A stretch of DNA of 62,790 nucleotides, counting the filler, from Globobulimina sp. (taxonomy: Eukaryota), in NCBI GenBank assembly GCA_003354225.1. It is 24 parts of 24 records of this genome, joined end to end, with 100 filler letters (N's around TTAATTAATTAA, not from the genome) between each part and the next. Parts side by side here need not be neighbours in the genome. Positions count along the whole stretch, not along the records: positions 34,077 to 36,596 come from PIVH01006199.1; positions 36,697 to 39,216 come from PIVH01006200.1; positions 39,317 to 41,836 come from PIVH01006201.1; positions 41,937 to 44,456 come from PIVH01006202.1; positions 44,557 to 47,076 come from PIVH01006203.1; positions 47,177 to 49,695 come from PIVH01006204.1; 18 more parts are not named here. One strand, 5' to 3'. This document shows positions 34,183-47,310 of this stretch, in pieces. The notes below the pieces were generated by a model that had not been told where the DNA came from, did not search any database, and saw only the letters and a program-made list of their open reading frames with translations. Made by a program: the position numbers and the translations under genes. Position 1 is the first letter of the stretch. Each line of letters begins with the position of its first letter.

Positions 34183-35976
34183 ATGAATGAAGCAATGAAA
34201 CGGATTCGGTTACACCGAAAATCCGTTCCTTCCGCCGTATGCATACCGGCCACAGCACGGAATTATAGACGGCCAGACCGGCCATTATCGCATAACTTGA
34301 AAAGTGGGAAGAAAATAGCATTGACACCGCTCAGTGGATTTGGTTTAGTGGATTTTGTATTTATTGGATTTTATCAGGATATATTATTAGAAATGAATAA
34401 GATGGTAAATAATAAGAATGATGATACATTATTGAAGCAGTGTACATGTACTGTAGCGATATTGCGCGGTTACAACAACACATCGACAGCGTATACAATG
34501 TCATATGATATCGCATGTCAATGTGGTTGGTATGTCTGCCAATTTTTATTTGGAGAGAAAACGAAGATTAGCATCATTGACGCAGCATCGCAAACTGCGA
34601 TATTCATTGGGCGATAAATTTGATGTTTATTTTGGACTGCCGAATATGGCAAATGATACATATCGAAGATACAAAGATGCCGCAGATGAAAAAAGCAGTG
34701 AATTAGCAACAAAATATATGGACGAAGCAATTGAAGAAGGGATCAAAGATAAAAAAGCAACCGGAAAAGACACAAATTTAGGTATCGATGGGTCGTATAA
34801 TACGCAAGGATTTGTAGTCTCAAATTACCATAGAAACCGTGGATCGCGGTATGGCAAAAATCATTTTACATCAGCTGGTGCCATAGAGACGGATGGATTG
34901 GGTGTGATGTTGGAAGGTTTAGCCGACGCCGGTCTGGCATGTGATATTGCAACGAAATATTTGGACACACCGTCTAATAAGAAATTATTTGAAGTGAATA
35001 AGAAAAAGAAAACGAAAACGAAGAAAGGAGCGGATTTCAATCATAGTTTGAAGGCATTTATTGACAAATGAGTGGATTCTAAGAAAGGAAAAGGGAAAAA
35101 ATTGTGGAAAGCAGCAAAAGCGGATGACGCAAAATTTACGCACCCGCAATCTAAAAAAATCGTGGTATTTTATATCGATGGATAACGAAAATATTAAGAC
35201 GACGAAAGCGAGCATATCAAACTCGCAATTTTTCATTGGATGGCACATATTTTAATGAAACGAGAGCTGAATTGGCTGCCATGTTAATTCATATATGTTA
35301 CGGGCACGCAAATTGTCGCAAAGCTCCGTATAATAAATACACAACTTATTGCCGTGCAAAACCCGGCGAAATCTATCAATCAAAGAATTATTTGGATAAA
35401 AATGGTGCACCGAGTGCATATCCCTCAAGCAAGGGATATTTTAATTGTATGAAGAAGTATTTTGATGAGTATTTAACTGACGATTTATTGGAACAACTAT
35501 TCATTGCATTCAATAGCAATGTAAATGAATGTTTTAATGGATTATTATGTTCAATATCGGATAAAAAGTCACATGTTTCATATAAGGATTATATTTCATA
35601 TATTAACACCGCGACATCATTATATAATGTCGGGGAACAGCAAATGGTATCGGATAGATTTGATTTGATTAATATGGATGTAAATGATCGGCAGACGAAG
35701 GTAATGAAACGGAGTGAAAGGGAAAGAAGAAAGAAACGAGAAAGAGAAAGAAGCGAAGCATATAAAAAAAGAAGAAAAGATAAAAGATTTGGAAAAAACA
35801 AAGAAAATATATATGTGTCTTGCAAATATGGACACGAAGCAAAGTCACAGTCGCAGTCGCCACAAAAACCTAAAGAAGACGCAAATTCATGGAATATGGA
35901 TGATGAGCAATTTTATAGATGGACATTTTATGCGTTAAACGCTTTGGAGCGTTTCAATGACAAAGTAAATGAATGA
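34183..35976 (+). pseudogene. Degenerate Kolobok/Mutator-like DDE transposase
   Basis: LGIDGSY, NHFTSAGAIETDG, DFNH, NSNVNECFN and a basic tail, spread over three frames with stops. Confidence 0.65.
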
Positions 35977-36315
35977 TTGTTTTTTGTTTTGTCAATTATT
36001 TAAGTTTTCCATCGGATTTTAGGGATTTTTTTTAAGACAGATTGATATTTATCTTGTAGTGAGACCCCAAAACATCAAAAACACAAACGTTTGAATTTCT
36101 GGACTCTACCAGTATTGACGAAGACAGTCCTTACATTTTTTTTTGATTTCATGCATACAATTTTTTTTTCTACGCATTTTAATCATGTCAAAATCATGTC
36201 AAAATTTATTTTTTATGATGATTTTTTTTAATCTTGTTGTGTGTAAATGGTATGTACCATTCCGCTTATACTGCGCACAGAGCTTATTTATGTCCCTATC
36301 TAAAACCTGTGAAAA

Positions 36316-36384
36316 AAAAATTGATCACGGACACTTAAGTCTGTTTAAAAATTGATCACGGACACTTAAGTCTGTTTAAAAATT
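36316..36384 (+). repeat. 31-bp tandem duplication containing TTAA, possible transposon right end
   Basis: AAAAATTGATCACGGACACTTAAGTCTGTTT twice, about 340 bp after the transposase. Confidence 0.8.
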
Positions 36385-36696
36385 AATAAAACATAGCGGA
36401 TAATAGATAAAAGATATCCAAGCTCTGTTTTACTTTAGTATATTGTTGTTTGTTCTTTTTTTTGCGGAACATAATAGTGGGTAACCTACTAAGTGTCATT
36501 GTCCTTCGTCTTGGTTTTGCTTCATTGCTACAACACCTGTGTTGTCTAGCAAGACAGAATCAATCTCAAGTTTCTTGAGTATAATTTAAATTATACNNNN
36601 NNNNNNNNNNNNNNNNNNNNNNNNNNNNNNNNNNNNNNNNTTAATTAATTAANNNNNNNNNNNNNNNNNNNNNNNNNNNNNNNNNNNNNNNNNNNN

Positions 36697-37962
36697 AAGA
36701 TATTATCTGATAATGATTTAATGCACATAATGGATACAAAATACTTGGATAAATATAAAAACAATGAGAATGAAATCAACACATTGTATGAAATAGGAAT
36801 GTTACATTACGACATAAGCAATCAATCAAAATCAATCGATGTTTACAACAGATTATCATCAATATTTTTAGCGCTGGCTTCATATCTCGGTCATGTCGAC
36901 GCACAATGTTAATAATTGATACATTTTCTGGAAATTTCTATTATTGATAATACATATTGTTTTAAATATTATTTTACAGTGCAATTAGGCAAACAATACA
37001 TGTTAGGATATGGTGTAGCTCAGGATTATAAATCCGCGATATATTACTTTGTCCGAAGTGGAGCCGCAGGATCCATTGAATCGCGCACATATTTGGGTAT
37101 TATGTACATGCGGGGATATGGAATGAAACAGCAAGCGAGCAATATGGAGAGAGCATATATTCTATTAAGTGAATGCTGTATTAATATGAATCCCATCGCA
37201 GAGCGATACTTAGCAGAGATGTATGAACAGGGATATTATATTGAAAAAGATGAACATATCGCATTGAGATTAGCAGAGAGAGCATGCAAAAATGGAGAAA
37301 TTAAGTTGAGAGATCGGGAGAGAACAAAATTATATGATAATAAATTTATAAGTGAGGCAGCAACTATTTGTGCTCGAATGTATTGTGTGCATTTAAATGA
37401 TTTTATAAATGGGATAAAATATTTCGAGATTGGTGCGGATTTAAATGATGTTGACGCACAATGTAATTTAGGACATATTTATTGGATCGGAGTGCCAAAT
37501 GTCGTGGAAGCAAATATATACAAAGCTGTGTCGTATTTATTGAAGGCAGCAAATAAAGGACATAAGAGAGCTCATCGCGAATTAGGAATGATTTATTGTT
37601 ATAGTTGGAAGTATAAAGATATTGAAAATTTAAATGAAGGCGTTTTATGGTTAGATTTAGCTGCGAAGGAAGGATATATTGATTGTTATTTTCGTTTGGG
37701 TGAAATTTATGCGAGCGGGAATAATAAATATAATGGAATTACACAGGATTTTAAAATCGCAAAAAAATATTTCCAATATGCAAGGGATGAAAGCGATTTG
37801 AGCAAAAATGTCAGAGATAAGTTGCCTGAGAATATATGGAATTTAATACTGAACAATCCGTTGCAGGCTGCCACTTTAATTGTAAATTATGAAACACTAA
37901 TTGGAGGTAACTGGGTTGGGCAGTATTTGGCTCATTTAGATCCATCAACACGTACACAATAA
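36697..37962 (+). CDS. Sel1-like repeat protein (intron 36908-36979), 5' partial
   Basis: Repeated LGxxYxxGYGVxQD and AQCNLGHIY units. Confidence 0.9.
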
Positions 37963-38543
37963 CTGAAGATAACTAAAACTTTGTGTGCTTGCGAAATGCT
38001 AATGGTTGTCAACACAAGAAATAATTGATATTTTTAAAAATGCTGTATGAAATTAGTAATACTATGTATGAAATTTAACAAAATATATTTTTCATCCATC
38101 GCTTGAATGAAAAATGTGAAAACAACAAAACAAAATAAAAAAAACAAAACAAAGCTGTAATGTTTGTTTTAATTTTTTAATTTAATAAAAATACAAGTTA
38201 CAAAAGACACTAATAAAAGAAAAAAAAGAAAAGGAAAAAAACCAATAATTCAAGTTTTAAAATTCAAATGAAATCAATTGAATTATGGTTAATTTGGTTG
38301 TCGAATTTAATCAACGCTGCAACCGCAAAGAGCAGCGTACGTTATTTGTTCGTAAAACATACGTAAACGTATACAGATTTCTGTCATTAACAGATAAAAA
38401 ATGTTACATTAAAATATAAATAATTGTTGGAAATTAATAGATACATTGATGATGATACAATAACTTTAATTTTTATTACAATAACTTTAATCTTTTTTAT
38501 TACAATAACTTTTTTACTACAATAACTTTAATCTTCCAATAAC

Positions 38544-39188
38544 TTAATAGTTAAAATACGATTTTTGATGTTTTTTTTGATGTTGCTTTAAATTGCTGGA
38601 TTGTCGAAATTGTTTATAACACACCAAACATTTAAAAGGTTTCTCGCCATTATGTATTAATAAATGATTCTGTAAATGGCTACTTTGAGTAAATGATTTG
38701 TTGCAGAATGTACACATAAATGGTTTCTCACCGGTATGTGTTCGAAAATGTGTTTTAAGATTTCCTTTTTGTTTAAATAATTTACCACATTCTGCACATT
38801 GATATTTTTTTGACATTGTAGCTACAGCATTAATATTTTTATTTTTATCATTATAAACATGAATATTATTGTTCACAACTAAACCATGGCCAGTCATAAA
38901 TTGAGTGTTTGTAGATGACATTATGTGATTATGTTGCACTGTCATTGGGAAAATATTATTTATGTTATGAGGATTTGTGTTCATTATAAACGGAGTCATA
39001 TGCATTGGTACAATATTATTGTTATCATTATTATTAATATAGATGTTATGATAATTGTTATTCATAATATGATGGTTGTAGTTGTTCATCAATTGGTTTG
39101 TTGAACTAGATGGATGTGAAGAGCCCCATGAATCTAAACTGAAAGTCCGCCTATTTAACGCTGTTTGTGTTGAAAAGATAGGGTCCAT
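38544..39188 (-). CDS. C2H2 zinc-finger transcription factor with Asn-rich N-terminus
   Basis: Three C2H2 fingers with TGEKPF and NGEKPF linkers. Confidence 0.92.
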   Translation of the reverse strand: MDPIFSTQTALNRRTFSLDSWGSSHPSSSTNQLMNNYNHHIMNNNYHNIYINNNDNNNIVPMHMTPFIMNTNPHNINNIFPMTVQHNHIMSSTNTQFMTGHGLVVNNNIHVYNDKNKNINAVATMSKKYQCAECGKLFKQKGNLKTHFRTHTGEKPFMCTFCNKSFTQSSHLQNHLLIHNGEKPFKCLVCYKQFRQSSNLKQHQKKHQKSYFNY

Positions 39189-39409
39189 GCCGTTGACGGT
39201 TTGTTGTGATACTCAANNNNNNNNNNNNNNNNNNNNNNNNNNNNNNNNNNNNNNNNNNNNTTAATTAATTAANNNNNNNNNNNNNNNNNNNNNNNNNNNN
39301 NNNNNNNNNNNNNNNNCTAAATTGCCCGAAAAAAAAACAAAAAAAAAACAAAAACAATAATTTTAGAACAATGAAAGTAAGAAAAGTTAAATCAACATAA
39401 ATATTACAG

Positions 39410-40120
39410 TTAATTGGGTGAAACAGATAATTCAAAAGTGCTATAATCAGCATCATAGTCAGTATCCTCATCATATAGAGGCTTATTTTCATCATATTTG
39501 TTATAACAATAAAATAAACCATACGTATTCCATACAATCACCAATAACATTATGAATATAATGAGCTCCTTCAATGGCGATATGTTAACATTTTTCGAAC
39601 CATTATTGCCATCCAATTCCAATGGCACTTTGACTTTTTCAGAAACAATTTGTGCAGAGAATGATATTTCAGTTTGAGTTAAACAGAAACCTTTATCACA
39701 AACTCCTTTTTGAGCACAACAATCAGAATCAACAACACATCCTTTTGCATTATTTCTAACGCAGCATTTTCCAATTTTATTGCCTGGTATATCCATATCA
39801 TACCATTGACATTTATTAGATTGGCGATTGCAACATGTATCATATTGTGATGCACCAAATGTACATTCTTGCCCAGGCATGGAGCACTTTGGTGCATTGT
39901 TAATGGACGATATCGATTCCATATCTATATTGGATGTGGTCATTTTATAAGACGTGGTATAACCATGGCCGCATGGGGCATTATTACATGATATGGTGAG
40001 AACAGCGCCTGTATGTTCCATTTAAATGTGTTGTATTTGTGTTTATTGTTGGCATACTAATTAACTTGAAGGTGCTGTTGATATGATGGATATTAAAACA
40101 ATCAAAGAAAGCACAGCCAT
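39410..40120 (-). CDS. Cys-rich type I membrane protein (intron 40009-40065)
   Basis: Spliced first exon gives the signal peptide MAVLSLIVLISIISTAPS; knottin-like CC spacing; TM helix; acidic Tyr-containing tail. Confidence 0.75.
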
Positions 40121-40241
40121 GGTTCAACAGTTAGAGATGTTTTTGAGTATAACACTGCGCCTCGAAAATCTTACACATCAAACATTCCATCGGAGAATAC
40201 TTAAACATCAAACATCAATCAAACAGCAAACATCATTCAAA

Positions 40242-41312
40242 ATGATATTTATCATTATAGTATTTGTCCATTTCATAATTATACAAATGGAGTGCATTAA
40301 CATGACGCATCATTTACCTCGATATTTAGTCCGGCGGTCATTCTCTTACTTATCGTCAGGTGAATTACAAGCACAATTATCATGTAAATTATTTCACGAC
40401 TGCTGGCAAGAAAGTCACAAGGAAACGTTTGCTGATATACAAACTTTTAGGCAGTATTTAACAGATTTGAACCGCACAATAAGTCATCAATTGGTAAACA
40501 CCTCAGCCATCAAGACATTACATGATAAATTTGCCAGAAATTTCGAATTGGAAACACCATATCTATTCACATTAACCCATTGCTTAAAACAACTGAAAAC
40601 TGCTGTTTCTGAAAAGAGCGTAAGGTCAAAAACGTTATTTGATTTCAATCCGATGTTCCAACATAACTGTGAAGCTCTGGCAAATGTATTTATTCCTGCT
40701 GCTGTCCGATATGCGCAAGTATTGATTGATGAGTACTTTAATAGCACTTCTTTTGACGCCATGGATGGAGATAAAGTAAAAAGATTTAGAGCGTTGTGGT
40801 TGGTTATTGGCGAATTTGTACATAATCTGCCTTTTCCGTCAGATGTTGATACTGGACATTTGAAAACGTTGGTGTGGAAATGTAAAATAATTCGTAGCTT
40901 TGACTCAATGATTAATACGCAAGTAACAGTAAACAAACATAGTTTGGTATGGTTTATTAGGGTGTTTTCGAAGTTAAAACCTCATTCTTCACCAGTACTG
41001 AATGCAGAATGTGTAGTTATTCTTGAAGCTAGATTTGTGGCGACTTTTTTGCATTATTATACATGTGATTTGTCACAAATAGTAGCAACATTTGATAAAA
41101 GTACAGAGAGATTTATTGAGATAATACGGAATGTTATTTTCAAATTAAATAGTAATGCTAGATATGAGTTATTGGAAATGGTTATCTTTGAGTTAACTCG
41201 AAATAAAAAAAATGCGCAGCTCGTTTTAAATGATGATGAATTTGTTAAAAAGATGTTGGGAATACAAAAGAAATCAATTTTTCCAATGCAAAATGGTTCT
41301 CGATTCAAATGA
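40242..41312 (+). CDS. Hydrophobic-leader, F-box-like protein
   Basis: MIFIIIVFVHFIIIQMEC, then HLPRYLVRRSFSYLSSGELQAQLSCKLF. Confidence 0.55.
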   Translation: MIFIIIVFVHFIIIQMECINMTHHLPRYLVRRSFSYLSSGELQAQLSCKLFHDCWQESHKETFADIQTFRQYLTDLNRTISHQLVNTSAIKTLHDKFARNFELETPYLFTLTHCLKQLKTAVSEKSVRSKTLFDFNPMFQHNCEALANVFIPAAVRYAQVLIDEYFNSTSFDAMDGDKVKRFRALWLVIGEFVHNLPFPSDVDTGHLKTLVWKCKIIRSFDSMINTQVTVNKHSLVWFIRVFSKLKPHSSPVLNAECVVILEARFVATFLHYYTCDLSQIVATFDKSTERFIEIIRNVIFKLNSNARYELLEMVIFELTRNKKNAQLVLNDDEFVKKMLGIQKKSIFPMQNGSRFK

Positions 41313-41727
41313 ATGACAAAATGGATTAACGAACTGTATATAAATGCAATGGTGTTTCTCTCAAACTCTTTCTGTATCATCCCAGTATGTACCAATTGAT
41401 ACTACCAATATTGGAAATGATATTTGTTGAATGCATCATACAGAATGAAACAAGGTTCACTTTCAATTGATCTATTTCCATTAAAAAGGATTGGTGTTTT
41501 TTCGAAAAGAACTTTGAAATAATTATTTGTAAGGAATAGTAATCTTTGAAACTGTGTCAATCTATTTGAAAATCTTTGAAAAACTGTAATCTAGCTTCAA
41601 AAGGTCGTAAAAGTTGTTCATCAAGTTATACAATTGGTAGGTTTGTAATGCAGAAACACTGTATACCAAGTTATATTTGCCATCTTTGTGTACTTTTCGA
41701 AGGATCGTATTTTTATAAAAGAGCATG

Positions 41728-41836
41728 AGGACCTTTGTCCATAAGTGTTCTATTTTTTGTATCCTCGCACTCAGTGCACAATTTCCCTTTATGTGCGAGG
41801 ATAGAAAAAAATAGAATACTTATGGACAAAGGTCCT
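41728..41836. repeat. Long imperfect inverted repeat (43/44-bp arms, 22-nt loop)
   Basis: AGGACCTTTGTCCATAAGT...CCTCGCAC / GTGCGAGG...ACTTATGGACAAAGGTCCT. Confidence 0.92.
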
Positions 41837-42066
41837 NNNNNNNNNNNNNNNNNNNNNNNNNNNNNNNNNNNNNNNNNNNNTTAATTAATTAANNNNNNNN
41901 NNNNNNNNNNNNNNNNNNNNNNNNNNNNNNNNNNNNACATCTGTGTGTATTAGTTCCTTTTATTAATTAAGCAGATATATGCATTATCAAAATATATCCA
42001 CAAGAAAGGGGTGCAACAAAATTAGATTAAATTTATTAGGATAACGTATATTAAATTATTATAATG

Positions 42067-44456
42067 TTAGAATGCAAACTGTAGACCGTATTTTGAGATC
42101 CACTCTGTTTGTATCGCATCTTCATTTTGTACATCTTCTTGATTGAGAAAAGGACCAATCTTAAAATCGTATCCAACAATCAATTTATTCACATATTGCG
42201 AATCCTCAAAATTCGCTTCTTTTAATTCTTTAAATAAATATGCCAATAATTCCATTGCCTTTGTGATTGTTTTTGATTTTTTTATATAATTTCGAATACC
42301 ATCACCTTCATAAAATTTTAAGAACTCATCTTTTGGCTGATTCTCAAATGTATCTAATAATATCCACTCCAATACCTGACTAAAATTTAATTCTTGGTCC
42401 ACGATCAATGGGGCCACCAACTGCGAGGTTGATAAACTAAGCAGTGGGTTATCCTCAAATGTGTAGCCTTTGAAAAACGCAATAAAGCCACTATCCAATT
42501 CAGAGGGCAATAAGATATATTCATTCAATAATGTGCCAAACACCGACGATAACTTCTCGCCTCGCGAGCCATCCACTGCTTTTTGGATAAATTGAAGCAC
42601 GAATTTACTTCTTTGTTTACCATCGCCCATATTATATTTTACTATGCTCTCTAAAAATTTATCAGTAGTCATATCATTCCGGTTATATAATAAATCGCCA
42701 CTCAAATCATCAAATAATTCATCCGTTAATGGCTTACCTGAGTCACATGGACGCGCCGAATCTAATGATAATGTCACTCGTTTAGGTTTGCCTTTGGCCT
42801 CTTCAGTTATTTCAACATTGTCACTCTCCTCTCTCATATTATTATTATTATAATTATAATTGTAATTATCCTCTTCTTCTTCATCCTCAATCTCCAACAA
42901 TTTCCTTCCTTTCTTCTTCCTGTCTTCACCACTCCTGACCTGATACAGTTGTTGTCGCACTTTCTTCCGCGACGGATCCGGATCGCGAGCAACAGAGATC
43001 TTACTCTCATTTGCCTCATTATATCTATTTTTTGATTTATATTTTAATTTTCTTTGCGACTGCCCCACAACGTGACCACTTAAAGGCACTGTACCACCGG
43101 TTATCATATCATTGGTCACATCCGCGCCATTATCCATACTCATATCAAATGATATAAACGGATCATATTCATACACATCCAATGGTTGTGTGCTCAAACT
43201 TTCTTTCGGTTTGCTTGCTGCCTTTTTTTTGGGTGCTTGATTCTTATCCGTCCAATTATTCTTTCTTAAATCAAGTAAATTTTGTATCAACATTCGAATT
43301 CGGACTTTGTATTTGCTGTTTCGTTCAATTGATTTTAATTTCTGATAATATTTGGATAATTCATTTTTATTTACATTGTCATCCTCATCCATAGCTTCGC
43401 CAACAGTTTTTAATAAGGTACAGGCGCCTTCGATCTCGTCCTCGCTGGGCTTGCCACTGTAAACTAAGCGAGCTAAGCATACCAACATTATCTTGCATGG
43501 TATTAATTGTTTTAAATATAACTGTCCAATAAATTTCATAGTTCCTAATAAGATTTTCTTTTGTTTTATTTCTTCATTCTCTCGATCCGTCGCATCCATT
43601 TCGTCTCGGAATACTATGGCTCGTTTGCCGCGTTTGAACTCTTTCTGACACACTTTCACCAAAACATTCTTAAAATCTACCTGTTTTATCTCCTTTTTAC
43701 CTGAAGCACCAAACATTATCTCATCAAAGGATTTATTTTTGGCGGATAACGCCACACATAATTTCGCATACAATGGACCGTACACATGTTCCTGCACAGT
43801 CTTTTCAAATATCAACGTTACCAATTTTGTCAATTGTTCCGTATTACTTATATCCCCATCAAATATTGCTATTAATTGGTCCGATAATGTGGAGAAGTTA
43901 TCCATTGTTATTTTATTTAATCGAACGGTTATTTTGGCCGTAAATTGTGCCTATTATTATATTATATTATTATTATTATTATTATTGCTGACTCATAAAA
44001 TATATAAAAATATACCATAGGATCCAATATTTTTCTGCCTCGACCCCATGCACTTTTAGATTTAAATAAACTTAAAGGTTTTGATGATTGGCGTTGGCTG
44101 TTTTGATGAATTGGTTGTATTGGTTTATGTTTGATTGGCGTTGGCTTGTCACTATAACTGCTCTCGGGAACGGTATAACTTTTAGTTTGTGCTTTGTGCA
44201 CACTACGTTTGAGTGGCAATGACAGTGGTTTCGTCTCTTTTTGTTCAGGTGTTTCTGTGCTGGGTATAATGGTGTGATTGGTCTCTCTTTTTTTAAGTTT
44301 GGATACAATAATTTTTGATGGGGTGACGGTCTTTCGCTTTCTAAATGATGCATCATCATCATTACCCTCATAACGCGTCGATGCAGACTGACCATAACTT
44401 GGAGCAGAGGCAGTGGCAGTGGTTGTGGTTGTTGTTGTTGTGGTGGTGGTAGATGT
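42067..44456 (-). CDS. eIF4G-like MIF4G-domain protein (intron 43951-44015), 5' partial
   Basis: RLNKIT, LIFEK..YGPLYAKLC, CQKEF, LGTMKFIGQLY, IEGACTLLKTVG and RIRMLIQNLLDLRKNNW. Confidence 0.9.
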
Positions 44457-44578
44457 NNNNNNNNNNNNNNNNNNNNNNNNNNNNNNNNNNNNNNNNNNNN
44501 TTAATTAATTAANNNNNNNNNNNNNNNNNNNNNNNNNNNNNNNNNNNNNNNNNNNNATTTAATAATAAATATGAAATA

Positions 44579-47076
44579 ATGGATAATTTCCATGAAACAG
44601 ATCCCAAAGTGCTTAAAACATTTATTATGAATGAATTGCGAATAAAAGAAATACAAATTGGCAAAAAAATGTATAAAATAAATAGATCAACACAAAAAAT
44701 TATTTTATGTCAAATAATTGCAGAAGCTGCCAATGTTACAAATAAATGTATTATTAGCAATAATTTGATAGATATTAATCTCAGAAACATGAAAAATTAT
44801 CAATTTAATCCAAAAAAAAGTAAAAAAACATTCCCAAATTATGCCAACGACCAAACACCACAATCTACCAAAAATAAATCAATAATTGATACCAATGAAA
44901 CGTCATTGAGCCCATTTGGAATGAATGTAAATTATCAAACAAATAATAAAAAGAAAACAAATACGAATTTCACAGCAGAAAATAAACGAATTTCATGCTA
45001 TCATAATGTGAATGAAATGAGAAATTCGATTGAAAATACATTTGGATTAAATTCGAATGAAAGTGAAGAAAAACAAAATGATTATCAAAATGAACAATTT
45101 ATTAATCATCAAATAAGTGAAGAAAGTAAGTATGCCAATTATTCCCCGATAATGGAATTAGTGATAACATTGGCATACCCATTAAATAATAAACCGAGTG
45201 ATGTAAATATTAATAAATATTATGATAAAAAAGCAATTGAAAATTTAAAAATATCGAATTCAGATCGAATGGTATTACATCCATTTAATACAGTTGCAAT
45301 GATGGATAATAACTGCGGTCGGAGGCAAAATAATATCTATTTTTTCTGCTTACATCTCAATAAACAATATTGTGGATTAAAACAAATAGGTATAAGCCCC
45401 GAAGATTCAGTAAATAAACAGCATTATTGCACCAATACAGAATCGAAAATATTTAAAAATATTAATAATATCAATCGATCATCAACAAAATGTGAGTGCT
45501 ATAAACAAAATATGGCATGCACAGTATTTATAAATCGAAAAATAATAAATAAATTTGAAAAGAAAGAATATTCGATAAATGATATTATTGTCGCTATGGC
45601 TGTCGTTTTTAGACTAAAATTATTAGTAAATTCGGTAAAATTGTCGTATTTGACAGAGCATATTAATAATAATTTTAGATTAATTAAACAAAATATGTAT
45701 CCATCAAAGAAAATATTAGAAAAAATCGAAAACGTCGCAAAAAATATAAGTAAAGGCATAGCTGAAAAACAATTAACATTTAATTCGAATGAATTAATTG
45801 ATATCAAACAAGTTTTGGAATTTACATTAAAAGCAAAATCAATCCAAAAATTCTTCAAACAAATGAATCAAACTCAAATTGAAGAAGTAAATGAAACAAA
45901 CATTGAAAATGAATTTGAAAATGACTCAATTTATGCTGAGGATTATGGAAAAGCTCAATGTATTCCATACACACCGCGTCCACAATCATCCAAACAAATA
46001 ATTTATAAAACATCGCCAAATACAAAAGCAAGAATGATTAATATTGAATCAATGATGAAAGATATTATCAAAAAAAGAAAAAAAGAGCCAAAAAATGAAA
46101 ATATGCATTTTCAGGCATTACAATCATTGCAAACACAAATAAATGAATTAAATTCATCATTAAAAGAACAAATAATAAATAGAAATGATGAAAAGGGTAA
46201 TATCATATTTGAACCAAATATTACAAAAAAAGCGGATGAATTAGGCGAACAAATTCAAAATAAGAAAAAAGAAATTGACGAAATGAGAATATTACGTCAA
46301 CCACTTTTAGATCAAATGGATGATGAAATCAATAAAAGCCATCTTAAAATTGATACCGATGCAAATCAAATAGTTAATATGCTATTAGAAAATGAGCAAA
46401 TCATCGATATCATAAAAAATAGTTTAAAACAAGAAAATAAAGATGAAATAAAAGAAGATGGCAAAATAAAATGTAAAATATGTGAAGCGCAAAATAAAAT
46501 TAGATATCATTCAACAGAAAATTGCTGGTTCAATGAAAAGAATATTAAAAATAATAAAAAGAACCCATATCATAATAAAAAGGATGAATATAAAGAACAA
46601 ACGAAATATCATCAAAATAAGCAACAACAACAACAACGACAACAACAGCAACACCAACAACAAAGAAACCAACAACAACAACAACAAATAACACAACCAA
46701 ATCAAAATTATTATCAATATCCACCACCAAATTTTTATGCGCAACAATATATCCCACCGCCAAATCAATTTATACCACCACCACCTCCAATTTATCAGGC
46801 ACCATTCCCAAATAATAATTATTATCAACAACAAAATGATTATTATGAGCCATGGCATAAAAGAAGAAGAAAAAGGCGAAAAAGGAGGCGAAATAATCGA
46901 AGACGTAAAAAAAGAAGATCTTATTTTGGCGGTTGGAATAATCATCACAAATATCAATGTATTGAAAAAAAATTGAAAAAAGTGATATTAATTATATTAA
47001 TATTAAAAGATATAATAATATTAATAATAAAATACATAAAAAAGTGGAATAAATTGATAATAAATCATGAAAAAGA
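44579..47076 (+). CDS. Unknown large protein, possibly a gag/ORF1-like retroelement protein
   Basis: Intronless; coiled coil, CKIC-x8-H-x4-C knuckle, Q/P-rich tract and Arg-rich tract. Confidence 0.45.
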
Positions 47077-47310
47077 NNNNNNNNNNNNNNNNNNNNNNNN
47101 NNNNNNNNNNNNNNNNNNNNTTAATTAATTAANNNNNNNNNNNNNNNNNNNNNNNNNNNNNNNNNNNNNNNNNNNNAAGTTGCCAAATGTGTATGGAAGT
47201 TGCCAAATGTTTCGCAACTGAAACAAGATATTTTGGAGCATTTCTAAATACATTTCAAGCCAAACGATACTTACGAACCAAGTCAAAATTTGAAAAGCGA
47301 CAAAAAAATA

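Noticed and set aside
36316..36384. CRISPR array (also considered for 244-312)
   Set aside because: Two abutting copies, no spacers and no cas genes.
38455..38545. TACAATAACTTT repeats as a functional array
   Set aside because: A short degenerate AT-rich minisatellite in a 3' UTR with no further support.
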